Counted from the first letter of the stretch, positions 27,302 through 36,603 are shown. The stretch: DNA of 54,596 nucleotides from Candidatus Parvarchaeota archaeon (GCA_017608385.1 JAFCFZ010000009.1:1-54596), one strand, 5' to 3'. Notes: a model not told the origin generated them from the sequence alone. Made by a program: numbers and translations.

Positions 27302-29671
27302 ATGAAAAAACCATTTGTTCTTTTGATAATAGTGTTTTTGATAGCTATGGTTGGTGTTGTTACAGCACAATACATCTCTTTGGATTCTCCTTTGGATGAT
27401 GTTTGGATAAATACAACTAATTACACTTTTAGTTTTATTCCAATTAGCATGATTAATATCAGTTTTTCTTGTAATTTGATTGTAAATTCTAATTTATTTG
27501 GATTCAATAATTCTGTTTTTAATAATACCTTAACAACTATTCTATCAAATTCTTCGATTCCAGAAGGTCAAAATCAATGGTATGTTAATTGTTCAGATTT
27601 TAATTTCACAAATTCGAGTCAAGTAAGAACGCTGTATGTTGATGTTACTCCACCAACTCCCATGATAAATCTCACAAATAATTCTTGGACCAATATATTT
27701 TACTATAATATGAGTTTTAATATAACAGATAATTTTGCTTCTTCCATAAATTACACCTTTTTTATGAATGATGTTAATATTTCTTCAGGAATTGTAGAAA
27801 ATGGTTCAAGTTCATATTTTTTGACTGATCAACTTTCAACTGGATTATACAAATTAAAAATAACAATGGGAAAAGATCATGCAAATAATAGTAATAATTC
27901 CACTGAAGTATACCTGAATGTTGACCAAGATCTTCCTGAATTTGTAAATATTACTAGCCCTTTAGATCTCTCAAATGTAAGTGTTCCAATTTATTTCAAT
28001 TTTACAACAAGAGACAATGTTGATCCTGTTTTGAATTATACTCTTTATTTAAGAATGGATCTTATTGATTATCCTAATAAAAGTGGTTTGACAACAGGTA
28101 ACAATTCAATAAATTTTTTTGAGTTAGAATTACCTGAAATGTTTTATCAATGGAAGCTTAGAATAGAAGATAACTCAGGAAATGTCCAAGATTCTCCATA
28201 TTTTTCTTTTACAGCTTTAGATATAACCGCTCCAACAACAGCTCCTCCTCTGAATCAGAGTGGAGTTAATGATAATGATGGGGAGGGTTACATTGAACTT
28301 CAGTGGTTACCTGACCCAAATGCAACTTACTATAGAATTTATAGAAAATCATTAATGATAACTACAGCAGAGGGCATGACTCCTATTTATGAAACAAACA
28401 ATACTTTTTTTGAGGACTTAGAGACAAGACATGGCAGCAATTATTGGTATGCTATAACTTCTTTAGACCATAATAAGAATGAAAACAAATCAATTGTGTC
28501 TCCTAGTTTTATTGCAACAGCAAATGACACAAAAATGCCTGTTTCTGTTTCTAATGTTAGTTTTATTACAAATTTAGATGGTTCCGTTGTGATTAATTGG
28601 GAAGAGGTTAACTCTTGTGTTGATTCTAATTTTTCAGAAAGCCATATTTATTATGAAATTTTCAGAACAAACAATATTTCAAATTTTAATTCTTCATTAG
28701 ATGATGAGAAAATAAAGAAAGAATATAATAAACTTAATTTTACAGATTATGATATTCATACTGGAGAAAATTATACTTACTTTATTTTAGTTAGAGATTA
28801 TGGAGGTAATTATAATGATACTATATTCTCATTTAATCAATTTAATACCACTCATACATCTTGTTATTCAGTTTGGACTAAATGGTTAGAAGTAACTAGT
28901 TGCGTGGATGGATTACAAACAATGAAAAGAACAAGAATATGTTATGGTTCTGGAATTTCAGTTCAACAGGAATTGTTTGAATGTAGGTCAGGGGGAGGAA
29001 TAATAGTTATTAATCGAACAGAAGAAGAAAATATAACATATGTCCCAGAAGATATTCAAGAAAGTGAAGAGCAGGGATGGATTGAAGCTAGTTGGATAAA
29101 TCTTTCTGATAAAGGAGAGATAATAATGTTATTGAATTCTTCAACAATAGGTATTACTGAAATAAAATTTAGGATAAAGGACCAGAAAAATACAGGTTCA
29201 TCTATGAGGGTAAGAAAAGCAGAACAGCTCCCATTTGGTTATGGTTTTGGTTTTTTTGCTGAACCCTATGAATTTTTTGAGATAAGTAAAATAAATATTA
29301 GTAATACTGATTTTGATGGAAACATTACTATCAAATTTAAAGTAAATGCTTCTTGGTTAGCTGAAAATTCAATTTCAAATTTCAATGTTTTTCTTTATAG
29401 ACATTATTTTGGATGGATACCTCTTCCAACTAAGGTTTTAGGATTTGATGGAAAGACGTTTCACTATGAAGTAAAAACACCAGGTTTGAGTTATTTTGGG
29501 ATAGGAGGAGTTTCTGAGGAATTTGTACCTGTCATATTTCCACAATACTTTGATACTGAACTTCCTGTTCAAGAAAATCCATGGACTTTTTTGATAATTG
29601 CTTTTGCTTTATTCTCAATAATTATAGGATATTATATGTATAATATGAAAAAACATAGTTATTATTGGTGA
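27302..29671 (+). CDS. Large surface (glyco)protein: signal peptide, FN3-like modules, TSP1-like Cys motif, PGF-pre-PGF-like domain, C-terminal TM anchor
   Basis: Signal MKKPFVLLIIVFLIAMVGVVTAQ; dozens of N-x-S/T sequons; YYRIYRK...YWYAITSLD and YYEIFR...YTYFILVRD FN3-like modules; WTKW..C..G.Q...R.R.C; ...NASWLAEN...VFLYRH..W..LPT...YEVKTPGLSYFGIGG; final TM plus KKH tail. Confidence 0.75.
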   Translation: MKKPFVLLIIVFLIAMVGVVTAQYISLDSPLDDVWINTTNYTFSFIPISMINISFSCNLIVNSNLFGFNNSVFNNTLTTILSNSSIPEGQNQWYVNCSDFNFTNSSQVRTLYVDVTPPTPMINLTNNSWTNIFYYNMSFNITDNFASSINYTFFMNDVNISSGIVENGSSSYFLTDQLSTGLYKLKITMGKDHANNSNNSTEVYLNVDQDLPEFVNITSPLDLSNVSVPIYFNFTTRDNVDPVLNYTLYLRMDLIDYPNKSGLTTGNNSINFFELELPEMFYQWKLRIEDNSGNVQDSPYFSFTALDITAPTTAPPLNQSGVNDNDGEGYIELQWLPDPNATYYRIYRKSLMITTAEGMTPIYETNNTFFEDLETRHGSNYWYAITSLDHNKNENKSIVSPSFIATANDTKMPVSVSNVSFITNLDGSVVINWEEVNSCVDSNFSESHIYYEIFRTNNISNFNSSLDDEKIKKEYNKLNFTDYDIHTGENYTYFILVRDYGGNYNDTIFSFNQFNTTHTSCYSVWTKWLEVTSCVDGLQTMKRTRICYGSGISVQQELFECRSGGGIIVINRTEEENITYVPEDIQESEEQGWIEASWINLSDKGEIIMLLNSSTIGITEIKFRIKDQKNTGSSMRVRKAEQLPFGYGFGFFAEPYEFFEISKINISNTDFDGNITIKFKVNASWLAENSISNFNVFLYRHYFGWIPLPTKVLGFDGKTFHYEVKTPGLSYFGIGGVSEEFVPVIFPQYFDTELPVQENPWTFLIIAFALFSIIIGYYMYNMKKHSYYW

Positions 29672-29714
29672 TTGAAACCAAAATATTTAAGTTGTTTCTA
29701 TCTATGAAATTTTC

Positions 29715-31088
29715 ATGAAGAAAGTATTAACTTTACTAATTATTTTAGGAATGTTATCTACTGCGAGTGCTGGATTTTTACAAGGAGATACAGATATTAT
29801 AAATAATATCAATTATGTGATAAACTCTCAATGTTCTAGTGAATGTCCTCTTCCAGAAGGATCTATTTCATTCCAAGAACTTGATTTAAATGTTTTATCA
29901 AGTTACCCTAAAATATGGACAAAAAATAGAATTCTCATAAAGAAAATAAATGAAACAAGTGATAGTAATTTATTGAAGTCACTTCTTTTTGGAGAGATAG
30001 ATGAAATACTTCAAAATCTGTCTTATTCAAGTTTAATTCCTGAGGCAGTTGCTTTATCTGGAACACAAAGAACATTTGATAATGCAATTAATTTAGGTTC
30101 ATGGATTTTTCAATGGAATGATGAAACACAAGCAAGGAGTGTTATACCTATATGTGCTATTTATCTTACAGGAGTAGGATGTTCTCATTGTGCTGTCTCT
30201 GATCCTAAATTATTTGGAGATGTTTTGAATTCTTACAATAATTTAGTGATTATAGAATATGAAGTGAAATTAGACACAAGAAATGGTCCAACTCTTGGAA
30301 CTTATTCTTCTGCCTATAATTTTCCTCCGGCAATACCTACGCTAGTTTATTCAGAGGGAAATATTAATGGAACTTGCGAAACTATTCTACCTTCTCAATT
30401 AACAGTTCCAAAAATAGTTTCTTTGGCTGCTGTAGATGCAGTGAATCCATGTGCTCTTGCTGTTTTGACATTTATGTTGTTGTCAATAATAACTTATGAC
30501 CCAAAAGATAAGAAAAATATAATACTTGGTGGAATTGCATTTTCTTTATCTGTTTTTTTGATGTATATGATTTATGGATTAGTTATAATTAGACTATTCC
30601 AGGTTGTTCAAGTATTGACTTCGGTTGGCCCTATCTTATATAAATTTCTTGGTCTTGCTGCAATAATTTTGGGTTTTTTACAGATAAAGGACTTTGTTAA
30701 TTATAAGCCAGGAGGAATGTTTACAGAAATGCCTATGTTTATTAGACCAAAAGTACAAAAAATCATAAAAAACATAACTTCTCCTAAAGGTGCATTTGTT
30801 ATGGGTTCCTTTGTTACTTTATTCTTACTTCCATGTACTATTGGACCTTATGTGATAGCTGGAGGAATTTTGTCAACAATGGAAATTATTGCAACAATAC
30901 CATGGTTGGTTTTGTATAATGCTATTTTTATTTTACCAATGTTAGTTATAACTCTCATTGTTTATGCCGGAGTTTCTACAGTTGAAAATGTTACAAAATG
31001 GAGAAAGAAAAACATAAGATATCTCCATGGAGTATCTGGAGTTATAATGGTTTTATTGGGTGTGGCGATATTTTTTGGATTAGTTTAA
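29715..31088 (+). CDS. Fusion of an extracytoplasmic thioredoxin-like domain (CSHC) with a CcdA/DsbD-type transmembrane electron-transfer domain
   Basis: Signal peptide, GVGCSHCAV CxxC, then a TM domain with the two conserved Cys contexts AVNPCALAVL and LLPCTIGPY. Confidence 0.75.
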   Translation: MKKVLTLLIILGMLSTASAGFLQGDTDIINNINYVINSQCSSECPLPEGSISFQELDLNVLSSYPKIWTKNRILIKKINETSDSNLLKSLLFGEIDEILQNLSYSSLIPEAVALSGTQRTFDNAINLGSWIFQWNDETQARSVIPICAIYLTGVGCSHCAVSDPKLFGDVLNSYNNLVIIEYEVKLDTRNGPTLGTYSSAYNFPPAIPTLVYSEGNINGTCETILPSQLTVPKIVSLAAVDAVNPCALAVLTFMLLSIITYDPKDKKNIILGGIAFSLSVFLMYMIYGLVIIRLFQVVQVLTSVGPILYKFLGLAAIILGFLQIKDFVNYKPGGMFTEMPMFIRPKVQKIIKNITSPKGAFVMGSFVTLFLLPCTIGPYVIAGGILSTMEIIATIPWLVLYNAIFILPMLVITLIVYAGVSTVENVTKWRKKNIRYLHGVSGVIMVLLGVAIFFGLV

Positions 31089-31667
31089 GAGACTTTTCCA
31101 TAGATATAGAGAAGCAATAGTTCTATAAGGTGCCCACTTTTTGGCAAATTCTTCTGCTTGTTTTGGTTTTGGCATTTCACTCATTTTGTAATTAATCATT
31201 ATTGCTTTTCTTAATCCTAAATCATCTGGGGCAAATACATCCATTCTATTCAATGTAAACATTAAGAACATTTGAGCAGACCACTTACCTATTCCTTTCA
31301 CTTGAGTTAATTCATCGATTATTTCTTCATCTGTTTGATCATTGAATTGTCCTGGTTTTATGGTTTTATCAAGAAATTTTCCAGCAAGACTGTACAAATA
31401 ACTTCTCTTTTGTCGTGATACTCCTGCAGAAGCTAAATCTTCTTGACTTACTTTTGATAATAATTTAGGAGTTGGTTTTTCTTTGAATAATAATAGAAAT
31501 TTATTATAGATACTTTCTGCTGCTTTTCCATTTAATTGTTGGTACATTATTGACTGAATTAATGTGTTGAAGTAATCTTTTTTTGGTTTTAACTCTGAGA
31601 TTTCAGTATTTTCAATGATTTTTTTCATTACTTTATCTCGTTTCAATGATTTAATTATCCCTTTCAT
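31080..31667 (-). CDS. HhH-GPD DNA glycosylase (3-methyladenine glycosylase II/AlkA-like)
   Basis: Helix-hairpin-helix VKGIGKWSAQMFLMF followed by the catalytic Asp segment FAPDDLGLRKA. Confidence 0.8.
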   Translation of the reverse strand: MKGIIKSLKRDKVMKKIIENTEISELKPKKDYFNTLIQSIMYQQLNGKAAESIYNKFLLLFKEKPTPKLLSKVSQEDLASAGVSRQKRSYLYSLAGKFLDKTIKPGQFNDQTDEEIIDELTQVKGIGKWSAQMFLMFTLNRMDVFAPDDLGLRKAIMINYKMSEMPKPKQAEEFAKKWAPYRTIASLYLWKSLLN

Positions 31668-32284
31668 AGCGTATAACCATATTTTCCTTTCAAAGGCACA
31701 AAAGAGAAACCACCGTACTCTTGGATTATATTATTACCTTGTTTTTTAGTTACTTTAGTCATGATTGATTTTACAGGAAGAACCATAGACCCTCCTTCTT
31801 TTAATTGATCAACTAAGGGATCAGGAATATTTGGACAATTAGCAGTAACAATTATTTTATCATAAGGGGCCCCTTTTGGACATCCTTTTGATCCATCTGA
31901 AAAATATATTTTAGCATTCTTTATCCCTATATTTTCTAAGTTTTTTTGAGCAAAATTCACTAATTTTTCATAGATTTCTAAAGAATGAATAATTCCTTTT
32001 GAACCAATTATTTCAGACATTACTGCTGCATTATAACCACTACCTGTACCAACTTCTAATACCATTTCTCCTTTTTTTAGTTCAAGTAATTCCACCATAA
32101 AAGCAACTGTAAAGGGTTGTGATATTGTTTGATTCTTAGGAATAGGGAGAGGATAGTTTCCATGGGCATATTTTTTATATTTTTCCTCCACAAAATTTTC
32201 TCTTGGGATTTTTCTAATGGCTTTTATTACATCTTCATTTTTGATTCCCATTGCCTTTATTTCGTCTATTAAAAACTCCTTCAT
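31664..32284 (-). CDS. pcm: Protein-L-isoaspartate O-methyltransferase
   Basis: QTISQPFTVAFMVELL..VLEVGTGSGYNAAVMSEI..., APYDKIIVTA; stop overlaps the downstream gene start. Confidence 0.9.
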   Translation of the reverse strand: MKEFLIDEIKAMGIKNEDVIKAIRKIPRENFVEEKYKKYAHGNYPLPIPKNQTISQPFTVAFMVELLELKKGEMVLEVGTGSGYNAAVMSEIIGSKGIIHSLEIYEKLVNFAQKNLENIGIKNAKIYFSDGSKGCPKGAPYDKIIVTANCPNIPDPLVDQLKEGGSMVLPVKSIMTKVTKKQGNNIIQEYGGFSFVPLKGKYGYTL

Positions 32285-32424
32285 AGATATAAACTGGAAA
32301 ATTAGCTTTTAAAAATAATTATGTGATGTGGAGAATATCATTCAGATTTAATGGAAACCTCAAAATCCAATCCAGCATAACCTAAATTCCCTTTTAGAAT
32401 AATATTCTAACATGTTTTTTTCAA

Positions 32425-33579
32425 TTATGTTGATTTTGATTTCATCCCAGAAACAATAGATTTTATCATTAAAGGTGCTGAAAATGTGGTTATTATTGAC
32501 AAAATAACTAATGAAGCAATTATTTCTGGGGCTAATAATCCTAATGATAAAGCAGAGAAAGCTATAGCAAGGGTTGTTGAAAGTTGTGGTGTTGTAGCAA
32601 TCCCCATCAACAAACTCTCATTTGTCGAGAATTTCATTGCTTTTCCGCCAATAAACCCACTAATTATCTTTGATAATAATAATCCTAAAATTATTGTTAA
32701 ACTCAAAAGAATTGAATTACTTGAAAATAAAACAGATAAGTCTGTTTGAATTCCAATGACTAAAAAGAAAATTGGGATGAAGAAACCATAACTTATTGTT
32801 CTTATTTTATCATCTAATTTTTGCCCAATTGAGTCACTTAATATTATTCCAATAAGAAAACCAGCAACAATTGCATGCATTCCTATTGATTCAAACAACA
32901 AAACAGTTGCTAATAAAACAACAAAAACAAACCGTAATTCGCTCTCAAACAAATCTTTTCCACTTTTTTTATGGTAATAAACATTTTGTATTTTTGGGAT
33001 AAATATCTTCAAAATAACAATAAGCAACACAATTATAGGAAGATAAATTGGGAGAGGGAGAGCGGTTCTTTGAGTGAAACTTTGGAGAATCAAAGCAAGA
33101 AAAATAAGACTGCAAATATCTTCTATCACAGTAGAGGAAACAATTGTTTTTCCTAGTTTAGTCCTCATTAAACCACTTGATTCAAGAGAAGGGATTATTA
33201 CTGCTACTGAAGATGAGATAAAAGCAGCCCCCAATATTATTGAAGTAAAGAAATTATATCCAAAAAAAGCACCAATAGCATATCCTGTGATAAAAGGGAT
33301 AGCCCCATTCAATAAAGCAAGGATAAAAACATTTTTTTCTATTTGTTCAAATGATTTTGATTTAATTTCACTTCCTGCCATAAACATTAAGAAGATTACT
33401 CCAATTGATGCCATCACTGTCACAGTCTCATCAGCAGTGATTAGATTCAACATAAATGGTCCTATAACAATTCCAGCAATGATTAATGCAGTTACATAAG
33501 GAAGATGGAGTCTTTTGAAAATCTCAGAAAAGATTAATCCAGCTATTAAAATTACAAAAAAAGGCAGCATTGTTGCCAT
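32425..33579 (-). CDS. Cation:proton antiporter (CPA2/Kef-NapA type)
   Basis: About 12 hydrophobic segments with typical Na_H_exchanger signatures (LPYVTALIIAGIVIGP, FLMFMAGSE, FFIPIFFLVIG). Confidence 0.85.
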   Translation of the reverse strand: MATMLPFFVILIAGLIFSEIFKRLHLPYVTALIIAGIVIGPFMLNLITADETVTVMASIGVIFLMFMAGSEIKSKSFEQIEKNVFILALLNGAIPFITGYAIGAFFGYNFFTSIILGAAFISSSVAVIIPSLESSGLMRTKLGKTIVSSTVIEDICSLIFLALILQSFTQRTALPLPIYLPIIVLLIVILKIFIPKIQNVYYHKKSGKDLFESELRFVFVVLLATVLLFESIGMHAIVAGFLIGIILSDSIGQKLDDKIRTISYGFFIPIFFLVIGIQTDLSVLFSSNSILLSLTIILGLLLSKIISGFIGGKAMKFSTNESLLMGIATTPQLSTTLAIAFSALSLGLLAPEIIASLVILSIITTFSAPLMIKSIVSGMKSKST

Positions 33580-33609
33580 ATTTATTTAGAATTAGAACTA
33601 TTTTATAAT

Positions 33610-33658
33610 CCTTTTCAATGAAAATTTAAATAATTTATTTTCTTTCATTGAGGAAAGG
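33610..33658. promoter_or_regulatory. Imperfect 14-bp inverted repeat upstream of the antiporter promoter
   Basis: ccttt-tcaatgaaa (33610-33623) ... tttcattga-gg-aaagg (33643-33658); 9-bp perfect core, AT-rich 19-nt spacer; lies just upstream of the probable TATA (about 33599-33609) for the gene starting at 33579. Confidence 0.3.
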
Positions 33659-34218
33659 AGAGATGTTTTTGGAAAATTCTACGAAAATGCTTGGTAAATT
33701 TGGTTCAAACCATCAAAATCTAATCATTTATTACTGTTATTTGAAAAATAAGAGATTATTATACAATTGTATATTTTCCCACTAATTCTTTTTAACGCTT
33801 ACATTATTAACAGTTCTTTTATCAAAAAGAATAACTCTTCCAGGAATAAAAAGACTGAAAAAGCCTCCAGATTCATCAATTTTAATGATTTGATCAAATT
33901 CAGCGTATTTTTCTCTTCCATCCATATATTGGATCAAAATAGTTTTTTTTGTTATTTTAATAAACCTCTATGATACTCATTCAAATTTAATTAAACAAAT
34001 TATCCCATTAAATAAACGTCTAAATATTTGTACTTAATATTAACAAGAAAAGGTACCTTAAAAAAGTATAGTTATATTATTTTAACTAAAAATAGATACC
34101 TGGAGCGGGATCTCTATTATTGCTTTAATGTTGCTTTTAGAATGGTTTGTGATGTTACTTCTTATAATTATTACAATATTAAAGATATTTTTATAAAATC
34201 TGTTTATTTAGAGACATT

Positions 34219-34464
34219 ATGGAAAAAAAGGATAGAGAAGGACTTAAGAAAAATATTTTGAAAAATATTCCAAAAGAAGGAATTAGTCCCTTTGGTCTTG
34301 CAAGGGTTTCATATAATAGTTTTAAACCTGTATCTGGTGAGAACATAGGGGAAAAAAAAGGAATTCCAAAAATCTACTATACTATCATTAATGAAATGGA
34401 AATAGAGGGAAAAATAAAGATTAAAGAGGAAAAAGATAGAGGATATACTGTTTATAAAAAATAG
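34219..34464 (+). CDS. Small hypothetical protein (81 aa), possibly winged-helix
   Basis: ATG about 25-30 nt downstream of the TATA-like atttttataaaatc; helix-rich then beta-hairpin-like C-terminus; weak. Confidence 0.45.
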   Translation: MEKKDREGLKKNILKNIPKEGISPFGLARVSYNSFKPVSGENIGEKKGIPKIYYTIINEMEIEGKIKIKEEKDRGYTVYKK

Positions 34465-34539
34465 TAACACAGAGCAGGATTCTTGCTTGTGATTTCCATA
34501 ATAATATAAAAGAAAAAATATTTCATAAATCTAAATGAA

Positions 34540-34857
34540 TTATCTTCTATGATCTATGATTTTATCCCCAGATCTTGGATTTCTCCAATCTTGACTTTTA
34601 AGTACATTCTCAAATTTTGTTGGAAAATCGGGGTTTTTCTTTGAAAACTCATTTATTTCTGCAATAGAAAATATTGTGTCACCATAAGCTCTATATGCAA
34701 TAGTTGATCCAGGAATTATTTTTCTCTCATCTTCATTGCTACTAAGATCTATATTTAGATTAATTCCTTCTTCTAAACCAAATAAGCCCATAGTTATATT
34801 GGGAGTATATTCAACATGTTTAACTGTACCAATTCCATAATGTAATATTTCAATCAT
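34540..34857 (-). CDS. Hypothetical protein (105 aa)
   Basis: ATG ORF with balanced composition; no family recognised. Confidence 0.5.
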   Translation of the reverse strand: MIEILHYGIGTVKHVEYTPNITMGLFGLEEGINLNIDLSSNEDERKIIPGSTIAYRAYGDTIFSIAEINEFSKKNPDFPTKFENVLKSQDWRNPRSGDKIIDHRR

Positions 34858-34986
34858 TTTACCACTCCTTTTAGATAATTAAAACTGAAAATGGCTTTTT
34901 AAAGTTTATTAATAGACTAAATTTACTGCGAAAAGGTTTTTCATACACTTCAAAGAATTTTTAATATTATATCTCTAACTAAAATT

Positions 34987-35703
34987 ATGAGCGTTGTAAT
35001 CTCTGCACCACACGATGGTTATGATAGAAATACAGGTAGAATTGCAGAATTAATGAGTAGTGCTCTGTATGGGAATCCAGATTTAGCAGTAACCATGAAA
35101 GGTAGAAAAATTGGAAAAGTTGATATTAATAGACCAGGAAATACAGAAGAAAGTAAACAGGCTTTTGAAGCGTATATGAAAAAAGTGGAAGAAGTTTCAA
35201 AAAAAGTTAAATCTAAAGAAGGGTTAGGTGCTTTATTGCAGGGTTATGATGATACTTTTCTTGTTGAAATTCATGGTAAGAAAAATACCAGTGGAAAACA
35301 AGGATATATTGAAATTGCTACAAAAGGGATGAGTAAAAAGGAAGAGCAATTTATCAAAGATTTATTGTATGAAGGAGTCAAATTTGAGAAAGAGAGAACT
35401 TTCAAAGAAGAGGGAAAGAGAGTTGGTTGGATTGATGAAAAAGGAGTAGGTGATGCTGAAATTGTTTTTAGAGCATCAAAAGCTAAAGAGGAAGGATCTT
35501 TTAGTAAAGTTGGGAAAGGAATTCATGTAGAATTAGGTGCAAAGTTGAGAGTATCTCCACATAATCCAGATAAGTTGACATTAGAAGGTAGATGTGTTCA
35601 TAGAGCTTTAACAGCAGCAATAGCAGTTTATTCTGGACTAACACCAAAAGGAAAAAGTATTCAAAAAACATTTAATCATTTACAATCTTATTCAAGAAAA
35701 TAA
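34987..35703 (+). CDS. Hypothetical protein; possible zinc amidohydrolase of the PghP/DUF867 (poly-gamma-glutamate hydrolase-like) type
   Basis: ISAPHDGYDRNTGRIAE and LVEIHGKK resemble the APHGG.IE.GT.EIA / .IHG metal-ligand blocks of that family (recalled); weak product call. Confidence 0.5.
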   Translation: MSVVISAPHDGYDRNTGRIAELMSSALYGNPDLAVTMKGRKIGKVDINRPGNTEESKQAFEAYMKKVEEVSKKVKSKEGLGALLQGYDDTFLVEIHGKKNTSGKQGYIEIATKGMSKKEEQFIKDLLYEGVKFEKERTFKEEGKRVGWIDEKGVGDAEIVFRASKAKEEGSFSKVGKGIHVELGAKLRVSPHNPDKLTLEGRCVHRALTAAIAVYSGLTPKGKSIQKTFNHLQSYSRK

Positions 35704-35704
35704 G

Positions 35705-35738
35705 TACGCCAGGAGCAGGACTCGAACCTGCGACTGGG
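35705..35738 (-). repeat. tRNA 3'-end-derived direct repeat, copy 1 (att-like)
   Basis: tacgccaggagcaggactcgaacctgcgactggg; in minus sense this gives T-arm GCAGG-UUCGAGU-CCUGC plus acceptor 3' strand UCCUGGC-G; tRNA-Ser-like similarity continues through a variable-arm-like GGGUCUAAAUCCCC to about 35752; no 5' half. Confidence 0.85.
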
Positions 35739-35832
35739 GATTTAGACCCACTTTTAGGGAAACTTGCGAGGGAATTCTCAGGATGTGATTTGTTTGTCAT
35801 AATAAATTATATTATAATAAGTTAATAATAAC

Positions 35833-36177
35833 TTACCTCTCATATAAATCTGGAATAGATGAAGTATCAGCTACTTTTCTTGCGATTGACTTCATTTCAC
35901 CTTCCCAGAATCTTACTGTTTCTCGAAGTCCATCTCTTCTCCTCTCTTTTGGTGTTCCACATATTCTCCTTGTAGAACTTACCCAAAAAGGGTCATCCAT
36001 ATCAGAAATTTGATTAAATCTTTTTCTTATCTCTTTCTTAACTGAACTTCTAACTTCTTTTTTAAACCATTTTTTTTGGTCTAAAATTGAAATATATTTT
36101 TCCATATCTTTTTCCATTTCTGGAATTTTTTCCGCCAGAATTTTTCTAACTGTCAAATAATTATCAATAACTCCCAA
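35833..36177 (-). CDS. Hypothetical basic protein (114 aa)
   Basis: TTG start preceded by AGGAG 7 nt upstream, 15 nt after the stop of the upstream gene (operon-internal SD). Confidence 0.5.
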   Translation of the reverse strand: MGVIDNYLTVRKILAEKIPEMEKDMEKYISILDQKKWFKKEVRSSVKKEIRKRFNQISDMDDPFWVSSTRRICGTPKERRRDGLRETVRFWEGEMKSIARKVADTSSIPDLYER

Positions 36178-36192
36178 AACAGAACTCCTAAA

Positions 36193-36573
36193 TTATCTAA
36201 CATTTCTCGTTAGTTTTCCTCCATCTTTTTTGTAATCCAATTTATCTAATGTCTGATAAACTTCTCCTGAATGTATTTTAGTAGTGTCCCTAAAACTACC
36301 AAATTGATAAAAGAAATCTTCATCATAATCAGTATATCCATCAATATCTGTTGCTTCAATAATCTTTTCGGCAAGACCATACTTTTTTGGTTTTACATAT
36401 TTTTCTAATATTTTCCTTGCGATTTTTTTTATTTCTTTAATTTCTTTAGGATTTTCTGGAAAAGGTTCATATGCTATTTTTTCTAAAACACCTTCCTTAA
36501 AGCTTAAGGGGTCCTTTAATGCTTTTTCAGCAAATTTTAGATAAGCGATATAAAATGGTGTAGTTTTAGACAT
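36193..36573 (-). CDS. Hypothetical protein (126 aa)
   Basis: ATG ORF starting about 30 nt downstream (minus sense) of repeat copy 2; no family recognised. Confidence 0.55.
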   Translation of the reverse strand: MSKTTPFYIAYLKFAEKALKDPLSFKEGVLEKIAYEPFPENPKEIKEIKKIARKILEKYVKPKKYGLAEKIIEATDIDGYTDYDEDFFYQFGSFRDTTKIHSGEVYQTLDKLDYKKDGGKLTRNVR

Positions 36574-36603
36574 AATATTTCATATTTTTAGTAGAATAAA
36601 TAA

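Noticed and set aside
27166-27375. 69-aa minus-strand ORF overlapping the start of the surface-protein gene
   Set aside because: It overlaps the signal-peptide-coding 5' end of a strongly supported gene and has no features of its own.
34096-34125. GC-rich patch acctggagcgggatctc resembling a tRNA 5' acceptor/D-arm
   Set aside because: It is on the opposite strand relative to the nearby tRNA-derived sequences. It has no T arm or anticodon arm and only a 4-bp flanking palindrome.
33767-34261. Plus-strand track ORFs 33767-33973 and 34028-34261
   Set aside because: They have extremely AT-biased, low-complexity translations (Ile/Asn/Phe/Lys/Tyr runs). 34028-34261 overlaps the better-supported 34219-34464 start, and 33767-33973 is antisense to a more protein-like small ORF.
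34472-34482. Possible third, highly degenerate att-like copy (gagcaggattc, identical to 11 nt of the tRNA-Ser(CGA) T arm) just after the 34219-34464 gene
   Set aside because: Only an 11-nt exact match with about 16/21 extended identity. It is suggestive as an outer island boundary but not distinguishable from chance by eye.
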